Assembly (NCBI GenBank): GCA_030248215.1
Contig: JASANG010000621.1
Location: 186,001 to 250,000, forward strand
Origin: Enoplolaimus lenunculus
Lineage: Eukaryota
Length of the DNA stretch: 64,000 nucleotides
Direction of reading: 5' to 3'
Part shown: in pieces, positions 26,923 through 39,800 of the stretch
Layout: each line of letters opens with the position of its first letter
Position numbering within the stretch: the stretch's first letter is position 1
The notes under the pieces: model-generated
Databases searched by the model: none
What the model was told of the DNA's origin: nothing
What the model saw: only the letters and a program-made list of their open reading frames with translations
Program-made: the position numbers and the translations under genes

Positions 26923-28261
26923 TTCTGCTCAACAAACATAATATGCATACGATAGGTTTTAGGGTTTTTTACAGGTTTAAGGCTAAACTGATGTTTAAAA
27001 AAACGATAAATTGTATGTAAAACTTTCTATTTTTCAGAAAATAATAATTGTGTTTTTAATTGATTTAAAAGTAATGTTTTTAATTTTGTATCTAAATTTC
27101 GTTTATGAATTGTGATTTTTTGTTCAAGTAACATCGGTAATCTTTTTATTTTTTAGAACAATTTTGTATCATTACTAGTACAATGAGATATCGTATTTGA
27201 ATGAATGCTTAATGGTCGCGTTCATTTCTGAATAAAATAGCATAAAAAAGTCAAGAATTTTCCGGTGCCAATTTTCAATTACGAATTGAAGCAAAATTTT
27301 TGCAACAAGGCAACTTTCTGGTTTCGGCGCACTTTGTAAACTTTAAAATGCTTTATGATTTGCTAGATAATCTCGAACAAGAGCTATAAAAGCTTAAATC
27401 TGCCATTTTATTAAGTTTTCAATTCTATATATTCCTTTCACTAAAGAAATCAAGAAATGCATCCGCTCAGAGCACGTTGTTTTGTAATTTCAAAAAACTT
27501 ATAATCGAAACGCTCGTTGGTATGTTAGGTTTTGTATTTTTAAATGTTTTGTTGATAAAATAAGTGTCACTGTAAACAATTTAAAGTTGGGAAATCAAAA
27601 CATATATTTCGGTGGTTTTAACTAGGAAAAGCTTTCAGATTCAGCCCATTTTACTTGGGGCCCTACCTTTTTCTGCTTGATCCCAAAACCTTTTTCGGCG
27701 GGATTCCTGCAGAATAAGCTTAAGCTACTGATTATTTTTGGTTAGGTTTAGGCTTAGGTCTGGCTTAATTACTAGATTATGTCTACGATGAGGCTTGGGC
27801 TTAGGTGTAGTTGAATATGCAATAACTACTGTTACGTCGGTCAAAGTAATATTGGCCATTTGTTATACACAGGAATAGTTGTGTGTAAGGCTGCCGCGGG
27901 AGTTCAATAGAGTTTAAAATTCAATCACTTTAAATAAGTTGGACCAAAACCTATCTATATATAAACCATTTCTTTAAGTGGAGTTCTGTAGTCTGTCGGT
28001 CAGTTCAAAGGGTGCAAATCACCCGATAATTTGCAATAAAACACTGATAACGAGTTTTTTGCCCAATGTTGTAGTAGGGCAAAGTTGTTAAATACTAGAT
28101 TAGAGCCACAAATCTCACTTCACCTGGAAAGTTTCGCACCCGCCACTGTTTAATCCATTAACAGATTTATAAGAAATTTTAAAACACTTTTCAGGCACTT
28201 TTTCAGTTGGTTCGCATAAATTCGACTTGGAAACATTATAGGTCGTAACCCTGTTTTGAAA

Positions 28262-28507
28262 CATGTAAAGATCAGGGGCGGAACGTTTTTCTATGGGACT
28301 GCAATAGAATAAGCTCAAGCTTTAGACTAATTTTTTTGCTTGGCTTAGGCTTAGGTTTAGGCTTAGGAATATGCTCATTCTTACGCTTATACTTAGGCTT
28401 GGGCTTAGGCTTAGGAATATGATCATTCTTACACTTAGGCTTAGGCTTAGGTTTAGGTTTAGGAATATGCTTATAATACTGTTCCGTCCCTGTTCTTTAC
28501 ATTAGCC
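28262..28507 (+). mobile_element. TTAGGC-carrying TIR element
   Basis: CATGTAAAGATCAGGGGCGGAACG...(TTAGGC)n interrupted by ATCATTCTTAC...CCCTGTTCTTTACATTAGCC. Confidence 0.72.
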
Positions 28508-28607
28508 ACTCTTTTTATAATCCTAACTATACTCCAGAGTTACTTAACTTTGGGTCTAATTCCAAAGCTGTTTAATTTCAAAAATTACAGTTTTAGTTTT
28601 CAAAGTC

Positions 28608-31600
28608 ATGAAATTCAGTCTATTAATAGTATTCGCAACGACATTTGGGTTGAAAATAACCAAACAGGACAACTGCCCATATATGGACAAAGAATACCAG
28701 GATCAACTAAGAATCGATCTCCAAAAACGCAATTGCCTTCAGGTAAGCACTTACCATATCAAAGTAGCGCTAAATGCTTGTCATGCGGCGGCGTGCGTCG
28801 ACGTCCGGCGTCGGTGCCTGCGATACCCACTCTCGGTGATGGACGACTCCAGCAGATATTTTTTCAAAGGTATACAACTGCCTAAAATGTACAATGAATG
28901 GGCGTAAGATGTCACTTTTGGGGCGATTGCTCATGAGATTTTATGAAAAATATTTGCGCAGAATCGAATAGCGCTTGATAATTGGCAAATCGTTAACACT
29001 GATTCAATGCGGTACTGTTGCAACCTGATAAATTTCAGCTGTTTTCAAGGGTGTGGCTTTCTTGGTTCGCAAGCAGGAGCAAAGTCATGAGGTTTATCAG
29101 GTCATAACGCCTTTTGGATTTTTCTGCCGGGGTTTTGTTACGCTCCTGTTCAGTTGGTAACCCAGGAATCACCGCTTTTTGAAATTTGTTAAGGATGTGC
29201 GGCAAATCGTTTTCAATACTTCAATAAGGCAGAGCCAATCAATGTTAATTTCTTTTCAGGGGACCTGTTCCTATGTCCGTCAAAGGCGGACAAAAAGTGG
29301 TGGCTCCTGAAACGTTTAATGCTCTGGGGCACAGTACTAATTTTTAACACAGAATGTTGGTTTTGATCCTGTTTGGGAAGTCATGGCCTATGAAAGTCCC
29401 TCTTGGATAGTTAACTTGAATTTGTGTTGCGGTTATAGGAAATAGAAACAGTTGCTCCAGATGATCCCGTACGAGCTGCTCGGTTATTGCATCGTGATGG
29501 ATTTGCGGTTATGAGGGACGTTGTTCCAAAGGCGGCGCTGTCAGATCTGAAACGACGATGTGTGGCAGAGAGTGAAAAAATATTGGCCAAAGACCCAAAA
29601 CGAATTGGAAATCGGGGCCCGTTACGGTAGAGGCAGGGTCTGGGATTTTTCCGCTTTCATTTGGGAGCGTTTTAGCTTCACCATTTCAAAAATTTAACTA
29701 TGCTTTATAAATAAATACTTCTTCTTAAAACTCATTAACATCCTTGAAAGACTGTTTAAAAAGTATATACTTTTGAGAACTGGCTTTCTACCATAAGCTT
29801 ATGAACCGCCCTGCTAAAAAGTAGCTAGAATCACGGACGGATCCTAACGAAGCGCCAGGCCATGACGTTTCAACAGAGATCGTAACCAAAATTCATGCAA
29901 AATATGATTTAACACATAATTGCGTATTGCGTTTGGCTTCTCTCTGACGAGTTTTTTTACTGTTATATATTGTGCGTGTCCCACGTCACAATATTTTGGA
30001 TCCACGACTGGCTAGTACCATAGATTACTGAGGGGTTTTCTGTCGCCTAGCCCTCGAACACAAAATCTGAAATAATATTTTTCGTTTTAGTTACTCACTT
30101 GGTCCAGCTTACACTTCAGGACATTTGTTACACTTTGAAGAATTCACAAAACTAATTGAATTGGACCCAGTCAACGCTGCATTGACAGAAATATTTGGCA
30201 ACGACAAATATTTACTTCGCGGTGCTCGCGGCGATTTCAATCTGCCTGGAGCGCCTTACCAACCGCTGCATTCGGATGCGTGGAACGAGTGGCTTAACGA
30301 TCCTAGCCCTATAATATTTCCTGATTCCGGTCATGTTAACTATCGTCAACTGCCGGTAGGCGTTAACTTGAAATATTTTCATTTAAAATCGTATGTACTG
30401 TTTGTGCATTAATGAATTTGGCTCAGCTATTATTAATGTATAATCAGAAATGTTATATTTCAGTTAGTCCCGTTTTCTCTGACAGTATCTCTGTGATTAG
30501 GTTTCAAATCGATGAGTTCACATCAGAAGGAAAGCCAGAGGATGCACAGTCCTCTGGAAAAATGTAAAACTCCCACATACCCGTTACAAATGTTTTAGTC
30601 TTCTGTAACTATACTGAGCTTGCTACATGCCTGTTAATACTAACTTTACAATAGGTGCTATACACATTTGAGTTGAGAATCTTTTTGTGTTACATTTTAA
30701 GATTCATTACGTCGTGGTCAATTTTGTTGTTGGTGATCTGAATGCGTTAAATGCTCCGATCCGTCAAATTCCCCTCACAGCCAACAGTCAACGACCCGTT
30801 CCGACGCTAGAAGACGAACCTTTGTGGATGAAACGCTCGACGGTGTGCCCTGTGAAAGCAGGCTCTGTGATTTTCCGAGACCCCCGCGCATGGCATGGTG
30901 GTACCACAAATTTGAGTAACGAAACGCGGTGTATGCCAAATTTGGAGTATTATTCGTATTGGTTTAGATATCACGACAGGTATATTCAAGCTGCCCCTAA
31001 AACGAGCATTAAAGACGGGGTACCTCTTCTCATAGCAGTGGTATGAGATCAAGTCTGCTTCTATAGCTTTTCTATACGAAATCTTTGAAAACTAAGAAAA
31101 TTATGTCAAGAATGCGATAAGCGTTTAGCACAACAAAAAGAACATCATAGGTAGGTATATTTAGTGTAATTTTTGTTGCTACGAGTTGTCGGCGTCTCTC
31201 ACAAAAATTGACGTCGATCTGTTTAAATGTGGGTTCAATTGTGTAACTGTTTGCAAAACATTTTCGCATGTAATTTTAAAAATATGGTAGGCCAGTTAGT
31301 TATATAATTCACAAATGGGACGAAATCAAAGGTTTGTTACCCTTACAATGAGTTTTTGATACAAGACAAATAAACGTTTAATTCAACGGATAGTTGCAAA
31401 CAATCTTCATTCTAAATAGCTAAGTTAGACACCTGAAAAAATGCCAACCGACCGAATATTAATGGTTTAAGAAATATCACAAATATTCTGAAAAAAGTAC
31501 TTATCATGAGAACAAAGTACTTTTAAAAAAGAATACCTCCAGGCCGTCTCAATAACAAATTTTGACATCATGTCAATTAAAATTGTTGTATATTTAGAGT

Positions 31601-32982
31601 AAACTGGATTATGCTTACGCTTCGTCTTATCATTACGCCATAGAGTATGCTTAGAAATCGCTTTAAGTTTTACATTGATAGGGTTGGTCCATGTGTAGCT
31701 GACAGAATAGGCTACCGATCCGAACGTGATAAACAATGCCTAACAGGGCGATATATGTACTCTTACTTTTTGAGTGTACAAGAGTTTCCGAAGTTAGGTT
31801 CAGTACCACTTTTAACCCTTGCACTCATAGATTATACTATGAGCAACTAAATACAAATAATATACGAGCAATACAGACACTGTGAGCAGTTTTTAAGAAC
31901 TAACATATATATGCGCAGTCCAAAATCTCCATAAGACGTGAGAGCTCTCTCGGGCTCGAGTGTCAAGCTAGTACATATAGCTCAGTGGTCATCGTAAACG
32001 CCTCCCTCTCATGAAACTGGGGATCGAATTTGACCTTGAAATCACATCTCTAATGAAATTGAAAATACTCCTCTGAGAAAGGACGGGGTTTAAGTTTTCC
32101 TTGCTTGTAATTGATGTAGCTTTTTTAGAGTTTTCCCTTTTTGGTTCGGTAAAACTTTCTCAGACCTTTTCCTAGGTTAGGTTCGGTAAAACTTTTCTAA
32201 GAGTTTCCTTCATCTCGATTCGGTAAAACATTCTTAGTGTTTATAGTTGGTTGGGTTCGTTAAAATATTTTTTCTGGTTTATTCACTACAAAGTTCATTG
32301 TAAAGATTCTTTTAGTGTTTAAAACAAAATAAAGAAAGGTCGGAAAGGGGGCAATTGGGTTCTATTACGATTTGTCATTTAGCAAACAAATGACCAGATC
32401 AATGCCTCGTTCTATCTACGAAAAGTTATCGCCATTCGCTCAAAAAATTTCTCGGGAAGTCGTTGCGTTACCTGGTGAATCTGTTGATACCACGATTCTG
32501 GTAAACTTTATTTGAATGTTTATTATTTATTAACCCTTCGCCAAAAATTTATTCATTTTCAACTCCGGATACAACCAACCATTTGTCTCCGGCTCCGGCC
32601 ACAAATCGACCTTCTGCTCCGACATTTTTGACCTTCGGATGCAAAATTACGACAAATTTATGATGAAGATGGTTTATAGTAAACGCTGAAATGAAAATAT
32701 AGGACAAGACTGAGCCCAAAAAATTTGAAGCTTTCAGCGATACAGTTGCAGGTATATATACATTAAAGCAGTTTGGCATGTAATTTTTTAATGTTTAAGA
32801 AAAATATCCCAGTCATTCAAGACGGTGTTATCGATTGCTACCGAAAACTTGGTGTGCCAGACGCCGAAATTAACGAACAAATACAAAAATATAAACATAG
32901 AAAAGAATCCATATCAGGGTTTTATAAGCGGCCGGTTGACTTTGACTTTCATATTGTTAAAAAATTCAAAGATGAACTTTAG
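28608..32982 (+). CDS. Phytanoyl-CoA dioxygenase (PhyH)-family 2OG-Fe(II) dioxygenase with a predicted N-terminal signal peptide (6 exons, 388 aa)
   Basis: Phase-consistent exons 28608-28742, 29439-29626, 30091-30355, 30702-30979, 32383-32500 and 32800-32982. Motifs LHRDGFAVMRDVV, YQPLHSD (HxD), AGSVIFRDPRAWHGGTTNLSNETR (distal His and 2OG-binding Arg). Confidence 0.85.
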
Positions 32983-34015
32983 AAGACAAATGCATTTTTG
33001 CTAATTTGTAAGGTAGGCAGCTGACTATTTTTTCATCAGATTTTTCATTCCGCAAAATATTTAGCCTTATCTAATGCTAAATGGCGGGAGAACGCAATAG
33101 TTTCTTATTTCCAACTTTCACAATGTATTTGAACACCACGGCCGCAGTTTTGGACGGTTTATCTTTTTATCTGTGAAACAAATACTAACCTTGATATAGT
33201 GAAAAACGGATTAAATTTAGTTTCAATTAATTCACATGATTAATACGAGAGGATAAAGTCAGAAGTTTGCCATTTTCAAACTATTTGGATTTGATAACAC
33301 CTAATGTTTTATGCTTGAGTATATCGTTTGAGTGTGAGAATCAATATCTTTCAGCAAACATTGTAAACTACATTGATTGATAAAGCACTATTCACGTGTG
33401 TCAGCTTTCGCAGCGAGAACTTGTTGACACACCAAACAGCAAGTTATGTTTAAAGGTATTCGAGCAAATTTACTTATGTGCTCGCGACTTGCCCAAGCTC
33501 GATTCCAATCGCTTGTCCTAGTTGAATGACCCACCCGAAAACAAGTGAACGCTACGACAACATCGGAAAAATACAGAAGCTGAGTTGCGATCACGAAGTT
33601 TCCAATACTCGACCAAAAACACTACAGTCTAACAACGTACAGGACAGGACAGGCGATATCTACCCGTATCGTAAATACTACTGCAGCTTGCCAACCAAAT
33701 CGCAAGCGCTTGAATAAGATTAGCAAACTTCTGATTAGCTTCGACACAATCAAACAATCGAGACACTTGCGCACGTACACTTGGCCAATAATTATTCAAA
33801 AGAATAGTGACAAGTCATAGTGAACTAGAAAACACTCGAAATATGTGTTCAACTGAATTTGAAAACTTTCAATTTGTATATAGTTAAAATTTACATGCCT
33901 GATTGAATTTTTTAATCTATTGGGGGCCATGGTTCTGCATGGCTCCCCTCTAACTGCTGAAAACATTGTTAACAGCCTTGGCCACAAGTGTAATATTTAA
34001 GTTTTAAACACAATT

Positions 34016-35186
34016 TTGCTGCAAAATGTTTCGTACCTCGGAAGAACGCAAAACCGTGCTACAACTATTACTTTATATGATAATCATACGCTTCAGTACA
34101 ATGCTTACGACAGTCAAGAACAACTGCAGCCTTCATGGAGTGCTCTCGCACCTATTGCCCTAAAGTGGTCAAGGGAATTTGTTTACGAAGGAGGTTTTCG
34201 CCAATATGTTGTCAGTTACATAATTCCTAGCCGCTCTCAACTCAAATCAAGGTCTCGTACTTCATTCAGTTTAAAAGTTAGACTTCCATGCTAACTTAGC
34301 ATCATGTTTAACTCAAATACTTCGGCTAAAATGTACGTTTGGCATTCCGCATGTTTCGACTCAAGTCTTCGCCTACAAAATTTAAATTTTAACCATACAA
34401 TTCATTCAAAAACTTCAAAACTACTTCTAGCGAATGGTGTTTCAATCATATTTGGTTACTGGACCGTTGCCGGCTTATCGAATGAATAGAACTTCAACTA
34501 ATATGGACAATAGATCATATTTTCAGTCATAAAATCGCGTTAGATCCCGCCTCAACTGAAATTTTTGACTACTGTTACACCGTTGATGTTTTGACAGTCC
34601 AAACAACGCTACCAATCTTTTAAACTGAACATACAGAAAAACTAACCTTGCTTCTAATGTCAGCTTCCATTAATGATTGCATATATCAGCTTAATGTAAG
34701 ATATTCAATATACCCATTGCAGTATATGATTTAGACGAACTTATAATTCCTCGACGCGACTCAAATTATAGAGTTATGCTTCGAAGGCTAACAGCACTTA
34801 CCCGTCAAACTTTAACAAACCCAGTAAAACCCAATACAGCTTTGTGAATTTGTATTATTGTTTAATATTTTCCGAAATAACCAAAGCGAAGTGGAATATG
34901 CTAGTCACTCAACGCTACTTAAACGGCGGCGCTGTAAGCACAAATGATCAAGCTTCTAAAACAATTATAGCTGCAGGTGCACGCGTTGCAATGCAAAATT
35001 ATTTATCGTTGGAAATTTGTCAATAATCAAATACGAGATGTACCAGTAGAGGTAGAAATAGCTGCATATCAGCATTATAAGCAGTGTTCCTTTGACAACG
35101 CAACTTGCTTGAACACAATGAGTAAGCTGCATAGAGATCGCACTATGCTAAAGTATGGAAAAAATCTGAAGGCGGAGAGAAAATAA
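34016..35186 (+). pseudogene. Decayed glycosyltransferase family 92 (DUF23/GALT-1-like) gene
   Basis: Collinear motifs spread over several frames with stops: LLANGVSIIFGY; SINDCIYQ (~34666-34689); IAVYDLDELIIPRRDSNYRVML (~34716-34781, DxD motif); ASKTII; AAYQHYKQC...DRTMLKYGKNL. Confidence 0.7.
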
Positions 35187-36868
35187 AGTGTTGGAGGCGC
35201 TTGCGTTAGAAAAATTGGCGTATTAAAGTCGACGTAGCGGTCCGAATAAGATGGAGTGTAAAAAGAGCGGTTCCACTTTTGAGTGCGATTCAGTAAGAGT
35301 CTATATATTATTTAATTGGACATTCATATTTATCAGATATCTCTAAGTTGACTAGGTAAATGGTTTTTCGGGCAAATAAACCCCGACGAATATTCAGTAA
35401 CCAAATAGCAGGAATGTTTCCTCTGCATGGTGTTGCAATAAGACCCATGACTTGGGTCATTGCCGTACAACCGGGTGCAGCCATAGTTTCAGTTTCGAAT
35501 TGCATAACTTTATACTAAACCAGCATATTGTGTGCAACCGGAGATTCGCTTCCGACGTCGATACTACTAAAATTCGAGCTACGGTTCCGGCAGAATTCTG
35601 ACCAGACTTTTAGGAACTTAAGAAAGCGCGTTTTTAGAAATTTGGAATAGTTGTGTTCATTAATGATTTTTTGCATCCTTGGGACTATTTTCAACTGTTA
35701 GTTGCCAAGAATTGTCGAAAGCGAAAATTAGAAAGATATATTCTGATAATACCGGATTCAAAAGCTGAATAGCAATTATTTTTCGTACCATCCTGCGGTC
35801 AGAATAACTTTACTTTTGCTCGCTAGGATTTTATTTCTCCTTGTTCGCAAAAATATATTATGTGTTGCAGTGACTTTAGTCTCAGACTTGAACTTAGTCT
35901 AAGGTTTAAGATTGCGTTAAAAAGCGTACATGTGTCCAACACTTTTTTCTTGTTGTTTGTTATTATTATTGTTGTTTGCCTTGCGGACAATAATGCCTTC
36001 CGTATTGAGATTTACAACAACATTTGCAAATTAAGAAACAATTCGTTTCTCTAAAAAATTTTTATTTCAATTCGCAAGCAGGTCCGTGTCCATTGCTGCC
36101 ATTCGTCTCTGGTTAATACGTTTAATCATACATTAATTTGACTTTTATCTTAAATTAACAGAAATTTCAACAAAGCAAAATATTGTTATTGAAATTTTAA
36201 CAACTGCCAGACAGTTTATAGTCAAATTCAAATCCGTTGACTTGTAAAGAATCTCTATGCTTTAATACCCATCACTATAGTTGAGTTAAATTTCCGAGCT
36301 TACTTTCGCTTATGTGCTTTACCACGTCTCTTAAAATGTAGAATAAACTTGATACATCAAACCATCGCTTTAACCCACAAAAACATACTTGCAAAACACT
36401 ATGACAGATTTATAACTTATTTTGCGAGTAAAAATAGCGGAATTTTCAATATTTCTGTAAGTAACCGAAACGAATACCGATTTTTATCGGAAACGGGTAT
36501 AAGGTCCTGCCTAATAGTGATAGGGCATCAAACAAGGAGACCTTATGCACCCGCAGAACGTTATTTAATTAAATCTCGTACTACCTAGCCTGCGTTTAGG
36601 AAACGCTTCCAATCCTGTAGTTCCGGGTTCAAATTACGGCTTAAATTTCATTTTTACAAGTGAAAATGATGGTAATGAAGCGAGAAAATTCTACAAGAAG
36701 GAATGTTTTTAATATAGAATACATATTGCACCCCAATTTGCAGATGAATTAGCCCATACACAATTTAGCAATTCACTTTTGGTCACTGTATTTGTTCGCA
36801 ATTGTGTGCAGCACCAGTATCCAGTTAATAGTGATCGGTTTTGCCGCGAATCTGAGGAATACAAATCA

Positions 36869-39800
36869 ATGACGTGTACAGCACTGTCATTATTACTTTG
36901 TGCGTTTTGTATCGCTATATCACACGCTTACCCTGGACTTTTGCAGCATGTAAGTTTATTATCCGTCATAGGGGAAACGAAATTGGCACTCTAAATCTGT
37001 ATTCTTAATTGGCTATAACACCTATCACCAGTCCGCGTTGGGCTTTCAAACTATCGGGCTACTGCTGCTGCTGCAGAATTCAAGATTTACACAGAAGTGG
37101 GGCGGAAAGGCTAAATAAAAATTAGCCACCCGATTCTTGTTCACTACAACAGTAAACCTTAAGTCTGGCTAAGGCTTATATTGAAGATGTCGTGTAACAT
37201 TTTATCTCACATTCCCCTTCGTCACACTGTCATATTTTGCCCACACTAATAGCGGGTATACGAACAAAATGTGAATATCACATGATGTTGGCTTATAAAC
37301 CACTGCTCTCAATTGATCATCATATAAAAGTACCTAGCAATACTACTTACAAACCAGGCACATGTTTGCGAATATCATATATTCCAATATTCTAGCAAAT
37401 ATCTTATATTATTCAGCACCATGTAATTTGCGGTCACTAATAAATAGCATATGATATTCAAAAGGCAATTAGGTTTATGTTTACATCAGGTATGCAGACA
37501 AAATGTTACTCTGTACTTATTGGCTTACTTATAGGCTTATCCCACGCTTATGCGGGGTTCACTTGCTAACTGGGGCAACGTGGAACACGTTTTGCCCCTA
37601 TTACAATAGCTGGCAACATTTCGTCTGCACACCGTTCTGCTATCAAATTCAAAAAATTCGAATTGATTACTGCGAATCGTGCAATATCACACGTGATATT
37701 GGAAATATTGTCTCTCAATATCACATGACATGTTTGAAAATGCATGCAATGTTGTGGAAACTAGCATGAATGTCCTGTAGAATGGCATACAATACTAAAA
37801 CTTGGAACTTGAATTGTTTGTCTTGGCCAATGTACTTTTAAAGGCGTCCGCGTCCCGTTTTTCCGCCGGAACAGCAAGACACAGGAATGTGATCGGAGCA
37901 AATTCATATGCTCCTCCCGACAGCATTACGGGCAGATGGGACAATAGGACAGCTTTGTTTCGGGCAAATAGGAATACGGGACACCTGCAAATTTTCGCTG
38001 GGAGAACAGGAAACCGGGACAGGCCTGTTTCGGGCAAATGGGAAAACGGAACATTTGTTTCAGGCAAATGGGAAAACGGGACAGCTGCAATTTTCCGCTG
38101 GAAATACGAGAAAACGGACAGGATTGCTTCAAGCAAATGCGAAAACGGGACAGCTGTAAATTTTCCTGAGGACACGGGACAAATGGGACAGTTCGCTTGG
38201 AAAACGGGAAAACCGGACATGTTTGTTCCTGACAAGTGGGAAAACGGGACAGCTGCAAATTTTCGCTGTGAAAACGGGACAGTTGCAAATTTTCGCTGGG
38301 AAAACGGGGCAGGTATGTTTCAGGCTAATGGAAAAAAGGGACGGCTGCAAATTTACGCTGGTAAAACAGGACAATGGCACAGGCCTGTTTCGGGCCAATG
38401 GGAAAATGGTACTTTGCTGCAAAACGGAACAGGTATATATGTTCAGGTTTGTTTCGGGCAAATGTGAAAACGAGACAGCTGCAAATTTTCGCTGAGAAAA
38501 CAAGACGATGGAACAGGCCTGTTTCGGGCAGATGGGAAAATGGACAGCTGCAAATTTTCGCTCGGAAAACGGGACAGTTGCAAATTTTTGCTGGAAAAAC
38601 GGGACAGGTTTGTTTCAGGCAAATGGGAAAACGGGACAGCTGCAATTTTCCGCTGGAAATACGAGAAAACGGACAGGATTGCTTCAAGCAAATGCGAAAA
38701 CGGGACAGCTGTAAATTTTCCTGAGGACACGGGACAAATGGGACAGTTCGCTTGGAAAACGGGAAAACCGGACATGTTTGTTCCTGACAAGTGGGAAAAC
38801 GGGACAGCTGCAAATTTTCGCTGTGAAAACGGGACAGTTGCAAATTTTCGCTGGGAAAACGGGGCAGGTATGTTTCAGGCTAATGGAAAAAAGGGACGGC
38901 TGCAAATTTACGCTGGTAAAACAGGACAATGGCACAGGCCTGTTTCGGGCCAATGGGAAAATGGTACTTTGCTGCAAAACGGAACAGGTATATATGTTCA
39001 GGTTTGTTTCGGGCAAATGTGAAAACGAGACAGCTGCAAATTTTCGCTGAGAAAACAAGACGATGGAACAGGCCTGTTTCGGGCAGATGGGAAAATGGAC
39101 AGCTGCAAATTTTCGCTCGGAAAACGGGACAGTTGCAAATTTTTGCTGGAAAAACGGGACAGGTTTGTTTCAGGCAAATGGGAAAACGGGACAGCTGCAA
39201 TTTTCCGCTGGAAATACGAGAAAACGGACAGGATTGCTTCAAGCAAATGCGAAAACGGGACAGCTGTAAATTTTCCTGAGGACACGGGACAAATGGGACA
39301 GTTCGCTTGGAAAACGGGAAAACCGGACATGTTTGTTCCTGACAAGTGGGAAAACGGGACAGCTGCAAATTTTCGCTGTGAAAACGGGACAGTTGCAAAT
39401 TTTCGCTGGGAAAACGGGGCAGGTATGTTTCAGGCTAATGGAAAAAAGGGACGGCTGCAAATTTACGCTGGTAAAACAGGACAATGGCACAGGCCTGTTT
39501 CGGGCCAATGGGAAAATGGTACTTTGCTGCAAAACGGAACAGGTATATATGTTCAGGTTTGTTTCGGGCAAATGTGAAAACGAGACAGCTGCAAATTTTC
39601 GCTGAGAAAACAAGACGATGGAACAGGCCTGTTTCGGGCAGATGGGAAAATGGACAGCTGCAAATTTTCGCTCGGAAAACGGGACAGTTGCAAATTTTTG
39701 CTGGAAAAACGGGACAGGTTTGTTTCAGGCAAATGAGAAATCGGGACAGCTGCAATGTTTCACTGGGAAAATGGGAAAGCGGGACAGGTATGTTTCGAGC

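Noticed and set aside
29260..29335. TTTCAG-preceded candidate exon inside PhyH intron 1
   Set aside because: Exon 1 joins 29439 in frame and gives a continuous sequence without it.
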